Source: Podarcis bocagei
Lineage: Eukaryota
Length of the DNA: 64,000 nt
Strand: one strand, 5' to 3'
Assembly (NCBI GenBank): GCA_964188305.1
Contig: OZ076889.1
In this document: piece after piece, positions 1-11,149 of the stretch
How the letters are laid out: the number at the start of each line of letters is the position of its first letter
How positions within the stretch are numbered: the first letter of the stretch is position 1
Position numbers and translations under genes: made by a program
The notes under the pieces: model-generated
What the model was told of the DNA's origin: nothing
Databases searched by the model: none
Seen by the model: the letters and a program-made list of their open reading frames with translations, nothing else

Positions 1-559
1 GTTCTCATCCTGAAGCAAAGTTCTTAAGCAAAGTCCCTCGTATCTACGGGACCGCCTCTCCTGGTATGCCCCACAGAGGAACTTACGGTCCTCAAATAAA
101 AACATCTTGAAGGTCCCAGGCCACAGAGAGGTTAGGCTGGCCTCAACTAGAGCCAGGGCTTTTTCGGCTGCGGCTCCAACCTGGTGGAACGCTCTGTCAC
201 AAGAGACAAGGGCCCTGCAGGACTTGACATCCTTCCGCAGGGCCTGCAAGACAGAGCTGTTCCACCAGGCCTTTGGTTAGGGCACAGCCTGACTCCCTCC
301 TTTGGCAATCTTTACAATACTTTAGTTTATGGTTGCCATCAATTTTGATTTTAATTAATTCTTATGATGTTTTTATAATGTGGCACTATTTTAGTGTTGT
401 TAGCCGCCCTGAGCCCGGCTTCGGCTGGGGAGGGCGGGATATAAATAAAATTTATTATTATTATTATTATTATTAACCCGAGGTAATATTTCTGGGTTAG
501 CGGAGTCTGTAACCTGAAGCGTATGTAACCTAAAACGTATGTAACCCGAGGTACCACTG
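1..559. mobile_element. Tc1/mariner-type (Tigger/pogo-like) MITE, right part, split by an L2 insertion (MITE pieces ~1-27 and 473-559)
   Basis: Ends GTAACCCGAGGTACCACTG followed by TA (560-561). Pieces 1-27 and 473-559 join to match the uninterrupted copy at 63032-63257. The left end lies outside the window. Confidence 0.85.
35..474 (+). mobile_element. 5'-truncated L2 LINE 3' end
   Basis: 35-280 reads open as PSYLRDRLSWYAP...RAFSAAAPTWWNAL...FRRACKTELFHQAFG*, a typical L2 ORF2 C-terminus. It is followed by a 3' UTR, AATAAA and a (TTA)n tail at 452-474. Confidence 0.85.
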
Positions 560-1605
560 TATTTTAAAAGCTATAGAGAATCTTCTTAGGTCGGTCTGCT
601 CAGTTCTTACATGTATGTAGCAACTACAGCACTAGCATACTCCATTTTCTCTGTTAACTATTTCACCATTGCAGATCATGGGCTGGATTTAACTACACAT
701 ATACCAGTTGGGCAACAGGGCAGAACAGCACATCCAAAACAAAGTTAATTTGGGTCTTTCTTAGAGGAACATGACTTCTGTCGGCACAAGTAGTTGTGCT
801 TGCATGTGGGTGATGCAATGGAAAATGCTCCTTGTTTCCCAGAGCTGGTATTTACACAAGTGAAAACCTCAATGGGTCAGTTAATTTCGACTGGCTATCC
901 CAGTCTTCCCATCTTTTCTGTAGTGCAAAGCAAAGAAATCAAGCAACCTAGCAAAGGAAGCATAACAATCACATGATGACAATGCACCATAGCTTATTCA
1001 ATATTGAAGTTGCTCATATCTTTTCACAATGGAAATAATGCTTTCCTCTTCCACAGAATTGTCAAAATAAAGTGATGTATGATAAAAAATACAGTGATGT
1101 ATGAATAAAGGCTAGTTCAATTTGTAATATAATTGTGGTGTGCTCAAGGCTCAGCAGAACATCCAGCTGGATATGCAGCAATGCGCGCGGCAGCCAATAA
1201 CATTACACTGCTGTGAAAATGGAGGAATATGCTGTATTCTTTCATGGGGTATATTTTAAACACAGGGCAATACATTTCTGTTGAGCAATTTTTAGGATTA
1301 ATCTGCAAAATGTTACAGAAGACACAAGGGGAAATTGGGAAATGTGCCATAACATGAACATGTGAAAGGCGGCTAGATGAAGTGAGGGTGCAAAATGTGC
1401 TAACAAAGCTTTGAAAAAGAAAGACTTGTTACATTTTGAGATGGGTAACCAAAATACGCACTACACACAGTTGTGTGTTTCTTTCCTGGGATATTTTGTT
1501 TGCTTTGTTTCATTTCAATGAAAAGTGGGGATGGAGAGAAATTTGATTTAGTTTGCATTTAAAGGCAAACCTGCCTAATTTGTGCTTCCCAAAACACTGT
1601 ATGAA

Positions 1606-4600
1606 TTTTTTAGATAAATTTATTGTCATTGTCCGTATGTACACAGTATACACAACAACGAAAATCAAACACCCACCCAAAGACCAGGTTCACATATACA
1701 TTTGCACGTATCTCCGACACTCTCATCCTATTCAAACATAATCTATAAAAACATAAAATCCAGAATAAACATGACCTATTAAGGCATAACATAACCTAAA
1801 ACCTAAAACATAACCTAAAACCTATCTCATTCCTTCCTACTCTCTGCTTGCTAAACCTTGCAACTGGCCCTGAGATCATTATTTAGTGCAGTCAGAGCTC
1901 TTGGATAGAAACTATTCAGAAGGCGTGTGGTTCGTGTTTTCATTGTCCTATATCTTCTGCCCGAAGGAAATAGTTCAAAGAAGTTGTGAGCAGGGTGGGT
2001 GGGATCTCTCAGGATATTATGTGACTTCTTCAAAATGCGAGACGTGAAGATCTCATCCAGGGTTGGTAGTCGGAGCCCAATAACATTCTGGGCAATTTTA
2101 ATTGTTCTCTGTAAAGCTTTTTTATCCGTTTCAGAGCTGCTCCCATACCACGATAATATACTATAGGTTAAGACACTCTCAATGGTACTATGATAATAGG
2201 ACAGAAGTAGGTGCTGGGATAGATTCAGTCCCCTGAGCATTCTCAGGAAATACAACCTCCCCTGCACCTTCCTCACAACCATATTAATATTTGCAGTCCA
2301 TGAGAGGTCCTCCGAGATATAAATGCCCAGGTATTTAAAACTACCAACCCTCTCCACTTCCTCGCCATTTATGTGCAATGGTAAAAATACATTTTTCTTT
2401 CTCCTAAAGTCAATTATGAGTTCTTTGGTTTTTTTGGTGTTAAGCATGAGATTATTTTCTTTACACCATTGAATTAACCCCTGTACTTCTTTCCTATAAG
2501 CAGTCTCATCGTTCTCACTGATGAGCCCCACCACTGTTGTATCATCCGCAAATTTGATGATTGTGTTGGACTTATACAGTGGGGTGCAATCAAATGTGTA
2601 CAGGGAATAGAGAAAGGGACTTAGCACACATCCCTGGGGGACTCCTGTGCTTAATACTAGAGTAGAAGAATAGTAAGGTCCCATTCTCACTGTCTGCGGC
2701 CTATCAGTCAGGAAATTCCTTACCCACAGACAGATCTTCTGATGTATACCCAAATTGGTCATTTTAAGAAATAACCTGTCTGGCAGAATTGTATTGAAGG
2801 CAGAACTGTAGTCCACAAACAACAGCCTTGCGTAGGTTCCCTGTCGTTCTAGATGACTCAATACAGTATGGACAGCGATGGAAATAGCATCATCAGTAGA
2901 TCTGTTTCTTCTGTATGCAAACTGGAACGGGTCTAAAGTGGATGGAAGACCAGCCTTAATATGATCTAGCACCAATCTCGCAAAACATTTCATAACGACA
3001 GATGTTAGGGCTATTGGTCTATAGTCATTGAGAGATACCACCACTGACTGCTTGGGGACTGGCACTATAATCGATGTCTTCAGGCAGGTAGGGACATGAC
3101 CCTGCAACAGGGATAGGTTAAAAATGTCCGTAAATACGCCAGCTAATTCTGCAGCGCAGTCCCTAATAACCCGTCCCATGATTCCATCTGGTCCAGCTGC
3201 CTTCCTAATGTTAACGCTCCGGAAGGCACGTTGTACGTCACAGGTCTGTAATAAAAATGGTTGTCTATCAGTAGTAGTTTCTGATGATGTGCTGGTGGCC
3301 AATGCTGTAGTGACGGTAGTTCCAGTTCCCTCCTCAAAGCGGCTAAAAAATTGATTCAGTTGATCAGCCAGGTGCGCACTGCTGCTAGCCAATTCGTTTT
3401 TAATATTTTGCCCTGTAATTTGTCGCAAGCCTTGCCATACTCGACGAGGGTCGGAGCTCTCAAAATGTTTTTCGATCCTCCGGCAGTACATAGCTTTGGC
3501 GTTCCTAATGCCCTTTTTCAATTTGGCTCTGGCTTCTCTATACTGTTGCGCATCACCAGAGTGAAAAGCAGCATTCCTTGCCTTTAACAGAAGATACACA
3601 TCCCTGTTTAGCCAGGGCTTGTTGTTAGGGAACACCCGTATTTGTTTGGTGGTAGTGACAACATCAATGCAGCTTTTAACGTAGAACAGTACTGTTGAAG
3701 CATATGTGTCCACATTATTCTCCACAAAAAGCGACCACTCGGTGCTCCGAAAGCAATCTTGGAGTTGCTCAGATGCACCTACTGGCCACACTCGTATCTC
3801 TCTAGTTGATGGTCTGATTCTGCGTACGAGAGGTCTATATGATGGTATCATAAGTAAAGATATGTGGTCTGACTGCCCCAAATTGGGCAGGGGCTTGGTC
3901 TTATATCCATGCATGATGTTACTATATACTCGGTCCAAGGTGTTTCCCCCCCTAGTGGGACAATCAACATACTGGTGGAACTTAGGGAGCACAGTCCTTA
4001 AATCGGCTCGGTTGAAATCACCAGCAACCACAAGTGCTCCATCCGGGTGGGCCCGCTGCTGTCTGCTAATAGCAGTTAGCAGGTGGCCCATAGCTGTAGT
4101 AGTGTTTGCATCGGGAGGTATATACACCGCTGTTATTATAACAGCATTAAACTCACGTGGCAAGTAAAAAGGGCGGCACTTCACCACTAGGTACTCCAAG
4201 TCAGGAGAGCAATGCGTGTCCATTTGTTTAATGTCCGAGCTCCAGTTGTTATTTATATAAACGCAAATTCCTCCTCCTCTGCTCTTCCCGGATTCGGCGG
4301 TTCTATCCGCTCTAATTACTGAGCGTCCTTCTAGCTGCAGAAGTCCCTGTGGAAAGGAGGGATCCAGCCACGTCTCTAGAAGGACCATAACACAGCAGTC
4401 CCGGATACTTTTCTGCCGAGAGGTAATAAGTTCCAACTCCTCTACCTTGTTGGGTAAGGATCTCACATTTGATACAAGGAGACTTGGCAATGCAGGCTTG
4501 TGGGGATTTTTACCTAGCCTCACTCGTAGTCCAGCCCTGCAACCCCTCTTCTGCTTGCACCCTCTCCGTTTCCTTTTCTTTCTGGCAAGGAGAGCAAGGG

Positions 4601-4877
4601 GAGTATCCCAAGAATGTGCAAGATATGGAGGCTCTCTGATAAGCTCAGCTGGAATGTTATAGGTTGAGACCTCCTGGCTGCAACCTTCCCCTCTGCCGAT
4701 ACTTAAGAGCTCTTGACGACTATAAATTACTTGTGCCTGAGTATTCACAGTCCATAGCAGCAATAAGTTCACAGATAAAAATAAAACACAAATCACTGAA
4801 TACCGGTCTTCGGAGTGCCGAGCCGCTGCAAGTGCTTGCGCCGCCATCTTAGCTTCCATCAACTGAAGCACAACCAT
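1606..4877 (-). mobile_element. Full-length Rex1/Babar-clade non-LTR retrotransposon
   Basis: Single APE-RT ORF. The 5' end contains AAGATGGCGGCG. The ~240-nt 3' UTR has short tandem TTTTAGG/TTATG repeats (1787-1824) and ends GACAATAAA (TTTATT at 1619-1624 on +). No clear TSD; the 3' boundary is approximate. Confidence 0.85.
1851..4877 (-). CDS. Rex1/Babar ORF: apurinic-like endonuclease, reverse transcriptase and C-terminal DUF1891-type region (1008 aa; true start may be Met at 4859 or 4847)
   Basis: APE motifs NVRSL, LLETWL, YIPP, AGDFN, TLDRVY, SDH. RT motifs KAAGPDGI, YRPIAL, QFAY, VDYSSAFNTI, GVPQGCVLSP, KFADD, FKYLG. KTKELIIDFRR and DPTHPAH..F...PSGRRYR are typical of Rex1. No stops or frameshifts. 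Confidence 0.93.
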   Translation of the reverse strand: MVVLQLMEAKMAAQALAAARHSEDRYSVICVLFLSVNLLLLWTVNTQAQVIYSRQELLSIGRGEGCSQEVSTYNIPAELIREPPYLAHSWDTPLALLARKKRKRRGCKQKRGCRAGLRVRLGKNPHKPALPSLLVSNVRSLPNKVEELELITSRQKSIRDCCVMVLLETWLDPSFPQGLLQLEGRSVIRADRTAESGKSRGGGICVYINNNWSSDIKQMDTHCSPDLEYLVVKCRPFYLPREFNAVIITAVYIPPDANTTTAMGHLLTAISRQQRAHPDGALVVAGDFNRADLRTVLPKFHQYVDCPTRGGNTLDRVYSNIMHGYKTKPLPNLGQSDHISLLMIPSYRPLVRRIRPSTREIRVWPVGASEQLQDCFRSTEWSLFVENNVDTYASTVLFYVKSCIDVVTTTKQIRVFPNNKPWLNRDVYLLLKARNAAFHSGDAQQYREARAKLKKGIRNAKAMYCRRIEKHFESSDPRRVWQGLRQITGQNIKNELASSSAHLADQLNQFFSRFEEGTGTTVTTALATSTSSETTTDRQPFLLQTCDVQRAFRSVNIRKAAGPDGIMGRVIRDCAAELAGVFTDIFNLSLLQGHVPTCLKTSIIVPVPKQSVVVSLNDYRPIALTSVVMKCFARLVLDHIKAGLPSTLDPFQFAYRRNRSTDDAISIAVHTVLSHLERQGTYARLLFVDYSSAFNTILPDRLFLKMTNLGIHQKICLWVRNFLTDRPQTVRMGPYYSSTLVLSTGVPQGCVLSPFLYSLYTFDCTPLYKSNTIIKFADDTTVVGLISENDETAYRKEVQGLIQWCKENNLMLNTKKTKELIIDFRRKKNVFLPLHINGEEVERVGSFKYLGIYISEDLSWTANINMVVRKVQGRLYFLRMLRGLNLSQHLLLSYYHSTIESVLTYSILSWYGSSSETDKKALQRTIKIAQNVIGLRLPTLDEIFTSRILKKSHNILRDPTHPAHNFFELFPSGRRYRTMKTRTTRLLNSFYPRALTALNNDLRASCKV

Positions 4878-5335
4878 CCTTTGTCCCTATTCAAATTCAT
4901 TTTGTTAGTTTTGGCCCACTACTTCAATCTGTTGAATCCTGATTCTGTCTTCTGCAGCACTGGCTATCCCTCCCAGTTTGGTGTCATCTGCAAATTTGAT
5001 GAGCATCCCTTCAATACTGTCATCCAAGTTGTTTATAAACACACTGAACAATCACAGGCCCAGGACAGAACCCTGTAGCATCCCACTTGCCATTTTCCCC
5101 CAGGATGATGAGGAACCATTAGTGAGCACTCTTGGGTTGGGTCAGTCAGTCAGCTACAAAGCCACCTAACAGTTACATCCAGTCCACATTTTCCCAGCTT
5201 CTCTATAGGAATATCATTGGGGACTTAGTCAAAAGTCTTATTGAAATCAAGGTACACTACATCCACCAAGCTTATATCTCTATCAAAGAAATGAGATTCA
5301 TTCGACATGACTTATTTCTGAGAAACCCATGGGTC
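4878..5335 (-). mobile_element. Old CR1 LINE fragment (RT region)
   Basis: Homologous to 50090-50570 in this window (GGTGTCATCTGCAAATTTGAT is the reverse complement of IKFADDT; GACAGAACCCTG; CATGACTTATT). Degenerate. Confidence 0.8.
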
Positions 5336-5773
5336 CTAGGAATTTTAAATATATGGACAACACAGAAGATAGCATAAGGGTTTATTAACCTGTCCTTAGA
5401 ATTGTCCAAGAAATAAATTTTACATTCAGAAATTAATAAGTCCTCACATTTTCCTGAAATATTTTATTTCAGATGGGCACTCTAAAAATGATCTATAACA
5501 AAATCTAAATCATATTCAATGTGACACAGAAAAGGGGAAACCTTTTGACCTTTTGCTGCTTAGCCTAGGATGCACAGAGACATATTTCACTACAGAAATG
5601 CAAAATAGAAAAATGTCCATCAACAGGCCTGTAAGTGTTATGTTCTGTAGATTATCAAGTCAACAAGTGATGACACAGCAGATAAACAGAATTGGGCTTA
5701 GTGGGTTAAATAAATACATAATGAAGCAGACAGACTACATAGAAAGCAGATAAGACAATTAAAATAATATATT

Positions 5774-5865
5774 CAGCCTGCTATCCTGTGCACACTTACC
5801 TGGGAGTAAGTTCCACTGAACTCAATTAGACTTACTTCCAAGTGGGCATGCAGAGTATTGTGCTG
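5774..5865. mobile_element. Short degenerate palindromic squamate MITE
   Basis: Pattern GCTATCCTGTGCACACTTAC...GAGTAAGT...GACTTACT...GCATGCAGAGTATTG. Related diverged copies at ~34828-34918, 48182-48268 and 57785-57860. Confidence 0.5.
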
Positions 5866-6819
5866 TCAGGAGAATAAAACAAACAATCTGAGAAGTTATG
5901 AAACATTTTCAACCATGCTAGTGAGAGTCAGATGGCATTTTTAACAGACACTGCTTACAATAAAATTATTGTCAAGGTTGCAACAAGCACAAAAGATGGG
6001 AATGGAAAGAGTAAGTACTTTTGTCCTCAGTGAGGATCTTACTTTGACAGAAATGCAAGGAGGAAGCAGGGCAGCTGAATTGTTATTCTCTGTGCACTGC
6101 TGGGAATGAAACAGGCACTGCATGCTAGATACATATTGCCTATTTGTATTTGGCTAAATCTGTACAACATATAACTATGTATTACAGAATCTAGAAATAA
6201 ATTTCAAGTCAGTGGCAGATTTTGCTACTACTTTAATAAAAAAAAGAAAAATGTACAAATTGATATAAACCTACTAGCAGAATTAGGAGTTACTGAAGGA
6301 CATATATTTTGCTGCGTTTATGTGGGTGATCGTGAGCTGACAAAGGTAAACTAGTTGGATTAAGCATGTTGAATTCCCAAAACAATAGATTTGATCTGTA
6401 TCTAAGATAAGCATTCAAGAATTTGAGCAAATTATGCAGCTTAAATCCATCTAAATACTCCAGTAAATACCAAATACTTAAGAGCACACCTTTGTGTTGT
6501 TTCAGTTTGTTCAGGTTCTCCATTAACATAATTGCTTCTCTGTTCTATGCTCAACATCACTGAAATGTATTAGAATTCCCATTCCTCTCACAAACATTTA
6601 CTGGTAAGCCAGAAAGGGCCCATCCTGATGTATGACACAGTAATTAAAAGGTACTGAGGAGAAATTAATCTGTGTTAAGTGATCTTGTATGACATGATAA
6701 TTAAATGGTGTTGAGTGGTAACTGATCTGTTTTAAGTGATTTTGTAGGTGTCCTTAAACAGAAGTGAAAAGGAACAGGTTGTGTTTCCAGCATACAAACA
6801 TGCAAATAACAGAGATATA

Positions 6820-7066
6820 CAGTCGCACCTTGGATCTCAAACGCCTTGGATCCCAAACAAATTGGCTCCCAAACAATCAAAACCTGGAAGTGTTCCGGTT
6901 TTCAAATGATTTTCGGAAGCCAAACATCCAGCACGGCTTCCACAGCTTCCAATTGGCTGCAGGACACTCCTGCAGCCAATAGGAAGCCGCACCTTGGTTT
7001 TCGAACAGTTTCGGGAGTCAAACGGACTCCTGGAATGCATTCTGTTCGAGAACCAAGGTATGACTG
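6820..7066. mobile_element. Tc1/mariner-type MITE
   Basis: TIRs CAGTCGCACCTTGG / CCAAGGTATGACTG, TA TSD (6818-19, 7067-68), central hairpin ATTGGCTGCAGGA..TCCTGCAGCCAAT. Confidence 0.85.
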
Positions 7067-7569
7067 TATACCTTGACTGTATACCTTGGTCACCAATGTT
7101 ACCACTGAAATTTACTGATGAAAATCATTCAAGAGTGATTTTATCCACCATTTTCAATATATGCATCTAACTGCTTTTATATATGCAAATAATTAACAAC
7201 ACTGACTAGCGTCATAAAATGCCAGTGGCTCAAATGTGTTTGTTAGCTTCACATATGAACACAAAGCCCTACATTGGATAAACATTCCTGCCTCCATAAT
7301 CTCTTTTAAGTTGCTCTGACAACCTTATCTGAGCAGTGGCGGAAGTACTTTGGAACAGAGTTCCGCAAAGTATTTTGCAGGTGTTCAGAAAAATATTTCA
7401 GTCTCTTTAAATCACGGAGTGTAATACTGCTTCATACATTCCCCCTGCATAGAAATTACTTGTGAAGGAAAAGCGGGGTTGGGGAACCACATGTATATTA
7501 GCATGTCTGAAATCCAGTATAATTTTTGATGTTGACATAAAGCCACTGCATCCATGAGATTGTCACTCA

Positions 7570-7712
7570 GGTGGCACAAGGGGTCAGTGTGTTTGGCTGT
7601 TGACCAGAAGGTTGGTGGTTCAAGCCCACCTAGAGATGGTTGTAGGCAGGATATCCTGCATTGCAGGGGTTTTGACCAGATGACCTTGATGTCCCTTCCA
7701 ACTCTAGAATTT
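7570..7712 (+). mobile_element. Degenerate tRNA-derived SINE with CR1-like 3' tail
   Basis: B-box-like GGTTCAAGCCC, then CCTGCATTGCAGGGGTTTGACCAGATGACC..CCCTTCCAACTCT, which resembles the CR1 3' end. Confidence 0.6.
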
Positions 7713-7854
7713 GAAAAAATGTGATTCATCTACTTGTAGCAAAAGAAACAAGCACTAACTACAATAGATGGCATATTCCCCCATCTGCTGAAATTATCTG
7801 TGTAGATAAAATGCTATGTGTGAAGCCGTCCTTGAAGTTCTAATGCAAAGTTGA

Positions 7855-8050
7855 GAACATAAGAAGAACCTGCTGGATCAGGCTGGTGGCATCTTGTTCT
7901 ACCAGTGGACAACCAGTTGTCTATGGGAAATCCGCAAGCAGGACCTGAGGACAACAGCACTCTCACTTCCTGGGGTTTCTGGCAACTGCCATTCGGAAGC
8001 ATACAACCTCCCAACAGCAGAGGCAGAAGACAAACAGCCATTGACAGCAA
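7855..8050 (-). mobile_element. Old CR1 3' UTR fragment
   Basis: GAACATAAGAAG tail, CTGCTGGATCAGGC and CAAGCAGGACCTGAG, as in the other old CR1 ends (19561, 39741, 62750). Confidence 0.65.
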
Positions 8051-8566
8051 ACATGTTATTCTGGAAACTGTAGAAAAACAGGTCATCACCGATATTATTA
8101 ATTACCCTGGAGGCAGGTTTCAAAACCTAATACTGTTATGTAGCCCTCTTCATGTGTTCTTTAATGGCATACAATAGGGGTGTCTTCACATTTTTTGACT
8201 GACCCTCCAAGGGCTACATGTCAAAAGGGGTATGGCTGAAGCATACAAGTACTGTAGCCAATTTTAATGATTTAAAAGGATACATTTGGGGGGGGGCTTG
8301 TCACAACAACCTTCTGGCGGCACAGAAGCACAGCAGAGGATGTGGAGGAGTGATCAGTACATATATTTATTATCTCCCAATGACTACAATTTTTAAGGGA
8401 GATGTTTGGGGGCTGCAGATCATATTTTGGACTCATGCCATCACAGTAGGGGACAAGTAGCAGCAGTCTATTTTTCAAAAATGAATTTTTTTGAGGGCAT
8501 TGGGGGACCATAACAACAATGTTGTGAACTGTATGTGGATGGCAGGCCAAGGATTAACCACCACAG

Positions 8567-8937
8567 TGTAGAGTTAACACATGGTGTGGGGAGGTAGGCA
8601 CAGCAAAGAGTACATTGGTTCTGCCTCCCATAGAGCACGACCGTCTAAAGTAGGGGGCTCATTGGCTTGTGGTTCCCAATATATTTTATAATCCCAGTTC
8701 TCCAGGATTCTAAAACATGTGGGGAGCCTCCATGAGAGCATGAGGCTCCCCACTTCAGACGGGCAATGGGAACCATGGGAGGGGGGAGGCAGACCCAGGG
8801 GGTTCACCCCCACTATCCGACCCATGTGTTTACTGCACAGAGTTACAGAAATAAAGAACTTTTGTTTATGAATTATACTCCCAATGTCCCCAGTGAGGAT
8901 TGCATCCATAGCCCCCCAGTTGTTTTTCGTTGCTACA
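8567..8937 (+). mobile_element. Possible degenerate solo LTR
   Basis: TGTAG...CTACA inverted termini, 371 bp, internal AATAAA at ~8849. No matching TSD. Confidence 0.3.
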
Positions 8938-10788
8938 TAATTTAGTGTCTTTTGCAGCGGTGTCCAAGAACGCTAATTTTCCTGTTAAAAATACCCGCAA
9001 ACGCCTCATACCAAAGGCAATAAATCTACAGGGTCCACAATAACCTGGCAGACATTACAGAAATGGTTATAGAAACCATTAAAACAGCTGGCATCAGCAT
9101 TTTGAAAAAGCAAAGTTGAGGCAAGTTATCTTCTCCCTGACACTTCTAAAACACTGAATTCCCAATTCTCTCTCCCTTCTGACAAACTCTCTCTTGGCAC
9201 CAGGACTGAAGTTTTTCAAGGATGGGATAAAACCAAAAGTTCCTCTTATTCAGTAGGATTCCTGGACAGTAGTTACTGACTTTCACAGTAAACGACAACT
9301 ATAAGTATAAAACAGCTACCATTGCTCTGTAGAATTTAGTGAATTCTGTTATTTTAGAAAAGCTGTTCTAACACCTCAGCCTTGGGGACCATTCTAGATT
9401 ACAAGTCGTGGCTGGAAATATTTCCCCACAGCTAGCAAGCTTCTTGAGATAAAACAACATTTCCTTCTGCTATGCCAATGCCAAAATTTTGCAACTGGGA
9501 AAATACTATTTATTTATTTCAGCATTTATAATCACCTACCTATGATAAATCTTACTCAAGGCAGCTTACAAGTGTCCTCATCCCCCCCATAACCAAAAAT
9601 GAATAAAAATAAAGTACCAAATCTCATTAAAGGAGTTTTGTTGTATTTTTGTTTTAAAGATTATGTTTGTTTTTATATTGTACACTGCATCTTTAGAGAT
9701 TTTTTTAAAAAATATGTATGAAGAGGGTTATAAATGCATTTAAATAACCAAATGATAAGAAAAAGGAAACAGCAGACATGACACATCTGGTATAATAATG
9801 TGTGTGTACAACCAAACCCAGTCCCACTGAGTTTAATGGAATTCCTTGTCTATTTAAAAACTCATGTAACCGACATAGGCTCTGACTGAAAAAACATCCA
9901 CCAGAATAAAATGGTCCTTGCAGCAAGACTTTCCCCTTCAGTAAGTCTCCTCATCCTATGTATAATGGGGAATCGGACAAGGCAGACAATCACACAACCG
10001 GCACTGAATCAGAGCCAATGCCAGTGTACTGCTAAGAATGTAGTCTGGGTTTACTTTTTTGGTCTTCAATAAAAGTTCTGAGAAAACACAATCAGTGCTT
10101 TTTTCTTAACATTGCCATTTGACAACCCTGTTTCTGGTTGAGATCGGTGGTTATTCTTCACTTCAGAGAAAAAAATAATGGTTAAAACAGGCGAAGGGGG
10201 TTCATCCCTTGAATCATCAAAGTTTGATATACTTTTTGGGTTGGATTAAGAAGAATGGAAGGAGAAACACAGCAGCAAAATGATAGAATTTGGGGAAATA
10301 AAAAGAAGGCAGGAAAGAATAGCTCTACTTGGATGATTGGAAAGGCAATGGAAGCAAGTATGTGTGCAAAATTGCAAATAGGCAGGGGGAAAAGGGAAAA
10401 TAAGGTGGGACAGCAAAGAACAGAAGGGGTAAACAGCAGGATGAACTCATGGGGACTTTTCGGTTTAAATCAGCTTTCTTTTAAGTTGGCTCCAGGGACT
10501 ACATTAGGGTCTGTATTTGCTCAATTGCTCTTCCAAATTCTCTCTTGCCTTATCAGCATTTACATGACATAAAAACTGTGTTTGTGTGTGTGACTGAGAG
10601 AAAAGCTCAAATGTATTTTAATGTCATGTATGATAACACCCCTAGTCACACAGGGTCTTTAAAAATAAAAAGGAACATGGATATGGCTGATTGTTCTTCA
10701 AAAACAGCGTACACATCTCAACATTTTGTATAGTACATAATGCAGAGAGAATGCAGTCTACAAATATTAACACAAAGTAACAGGGATG

Positions 10789-11149
10789 GAACCGGGTGGC
10801 GCTGTGGTCTAAACCACAGAGCCTAGGGCTTGCTGATCATAAGGTTGGCTGTTCGAATCCCCACGATGGGGTGAGCTCCTGTTGCTCGGTCCCTGCTCCT
10901 GCCAACCTAGCAGTTCGAAAGCACATCAAAGTGCAAGTAGATAAAGAGGTACCCCTTTGGCAGGAAGGTAAATGGCATTTCCGTGCGCTGCTCTGGTTCT
11001 CCAGAAGCGGCTTCGTCATGCTGGCCACATGACCCAGAAGCTGTCTGTGGACAAACGCCAGCTCCCTCGGCCAGTAAAGTGAGATGAGAGCAGCAACCCC
11101 AGAGTCATCTGCAACTGGACTTAACGGTCAGCGGTCCGTTTACCTTTAG
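10789..11149 (+). mobile_element. Sauria SINE (Squam1)
   Basis: tRNA head GGTGGCGCTGTGG...GTTCGAATCC, conserved body, TTTACCTTT tail. 12-bp TSD GTAACAGGGATG (10777-88 / 11150-61). Confidence 0.92.

Noticed and set aside
3124-4852. Antisense and alternative-frame ORFs within the Rex1 ORF
   Set aside because: Shadow ORFs of a long coding sequence with no independent features.
6290-6529. 79-aa minus-strand ORF (MLMENLNKLK...)
   Set aside because: No recognisable homology and no convincing splice sites; there is an in-frame stop just upstream.
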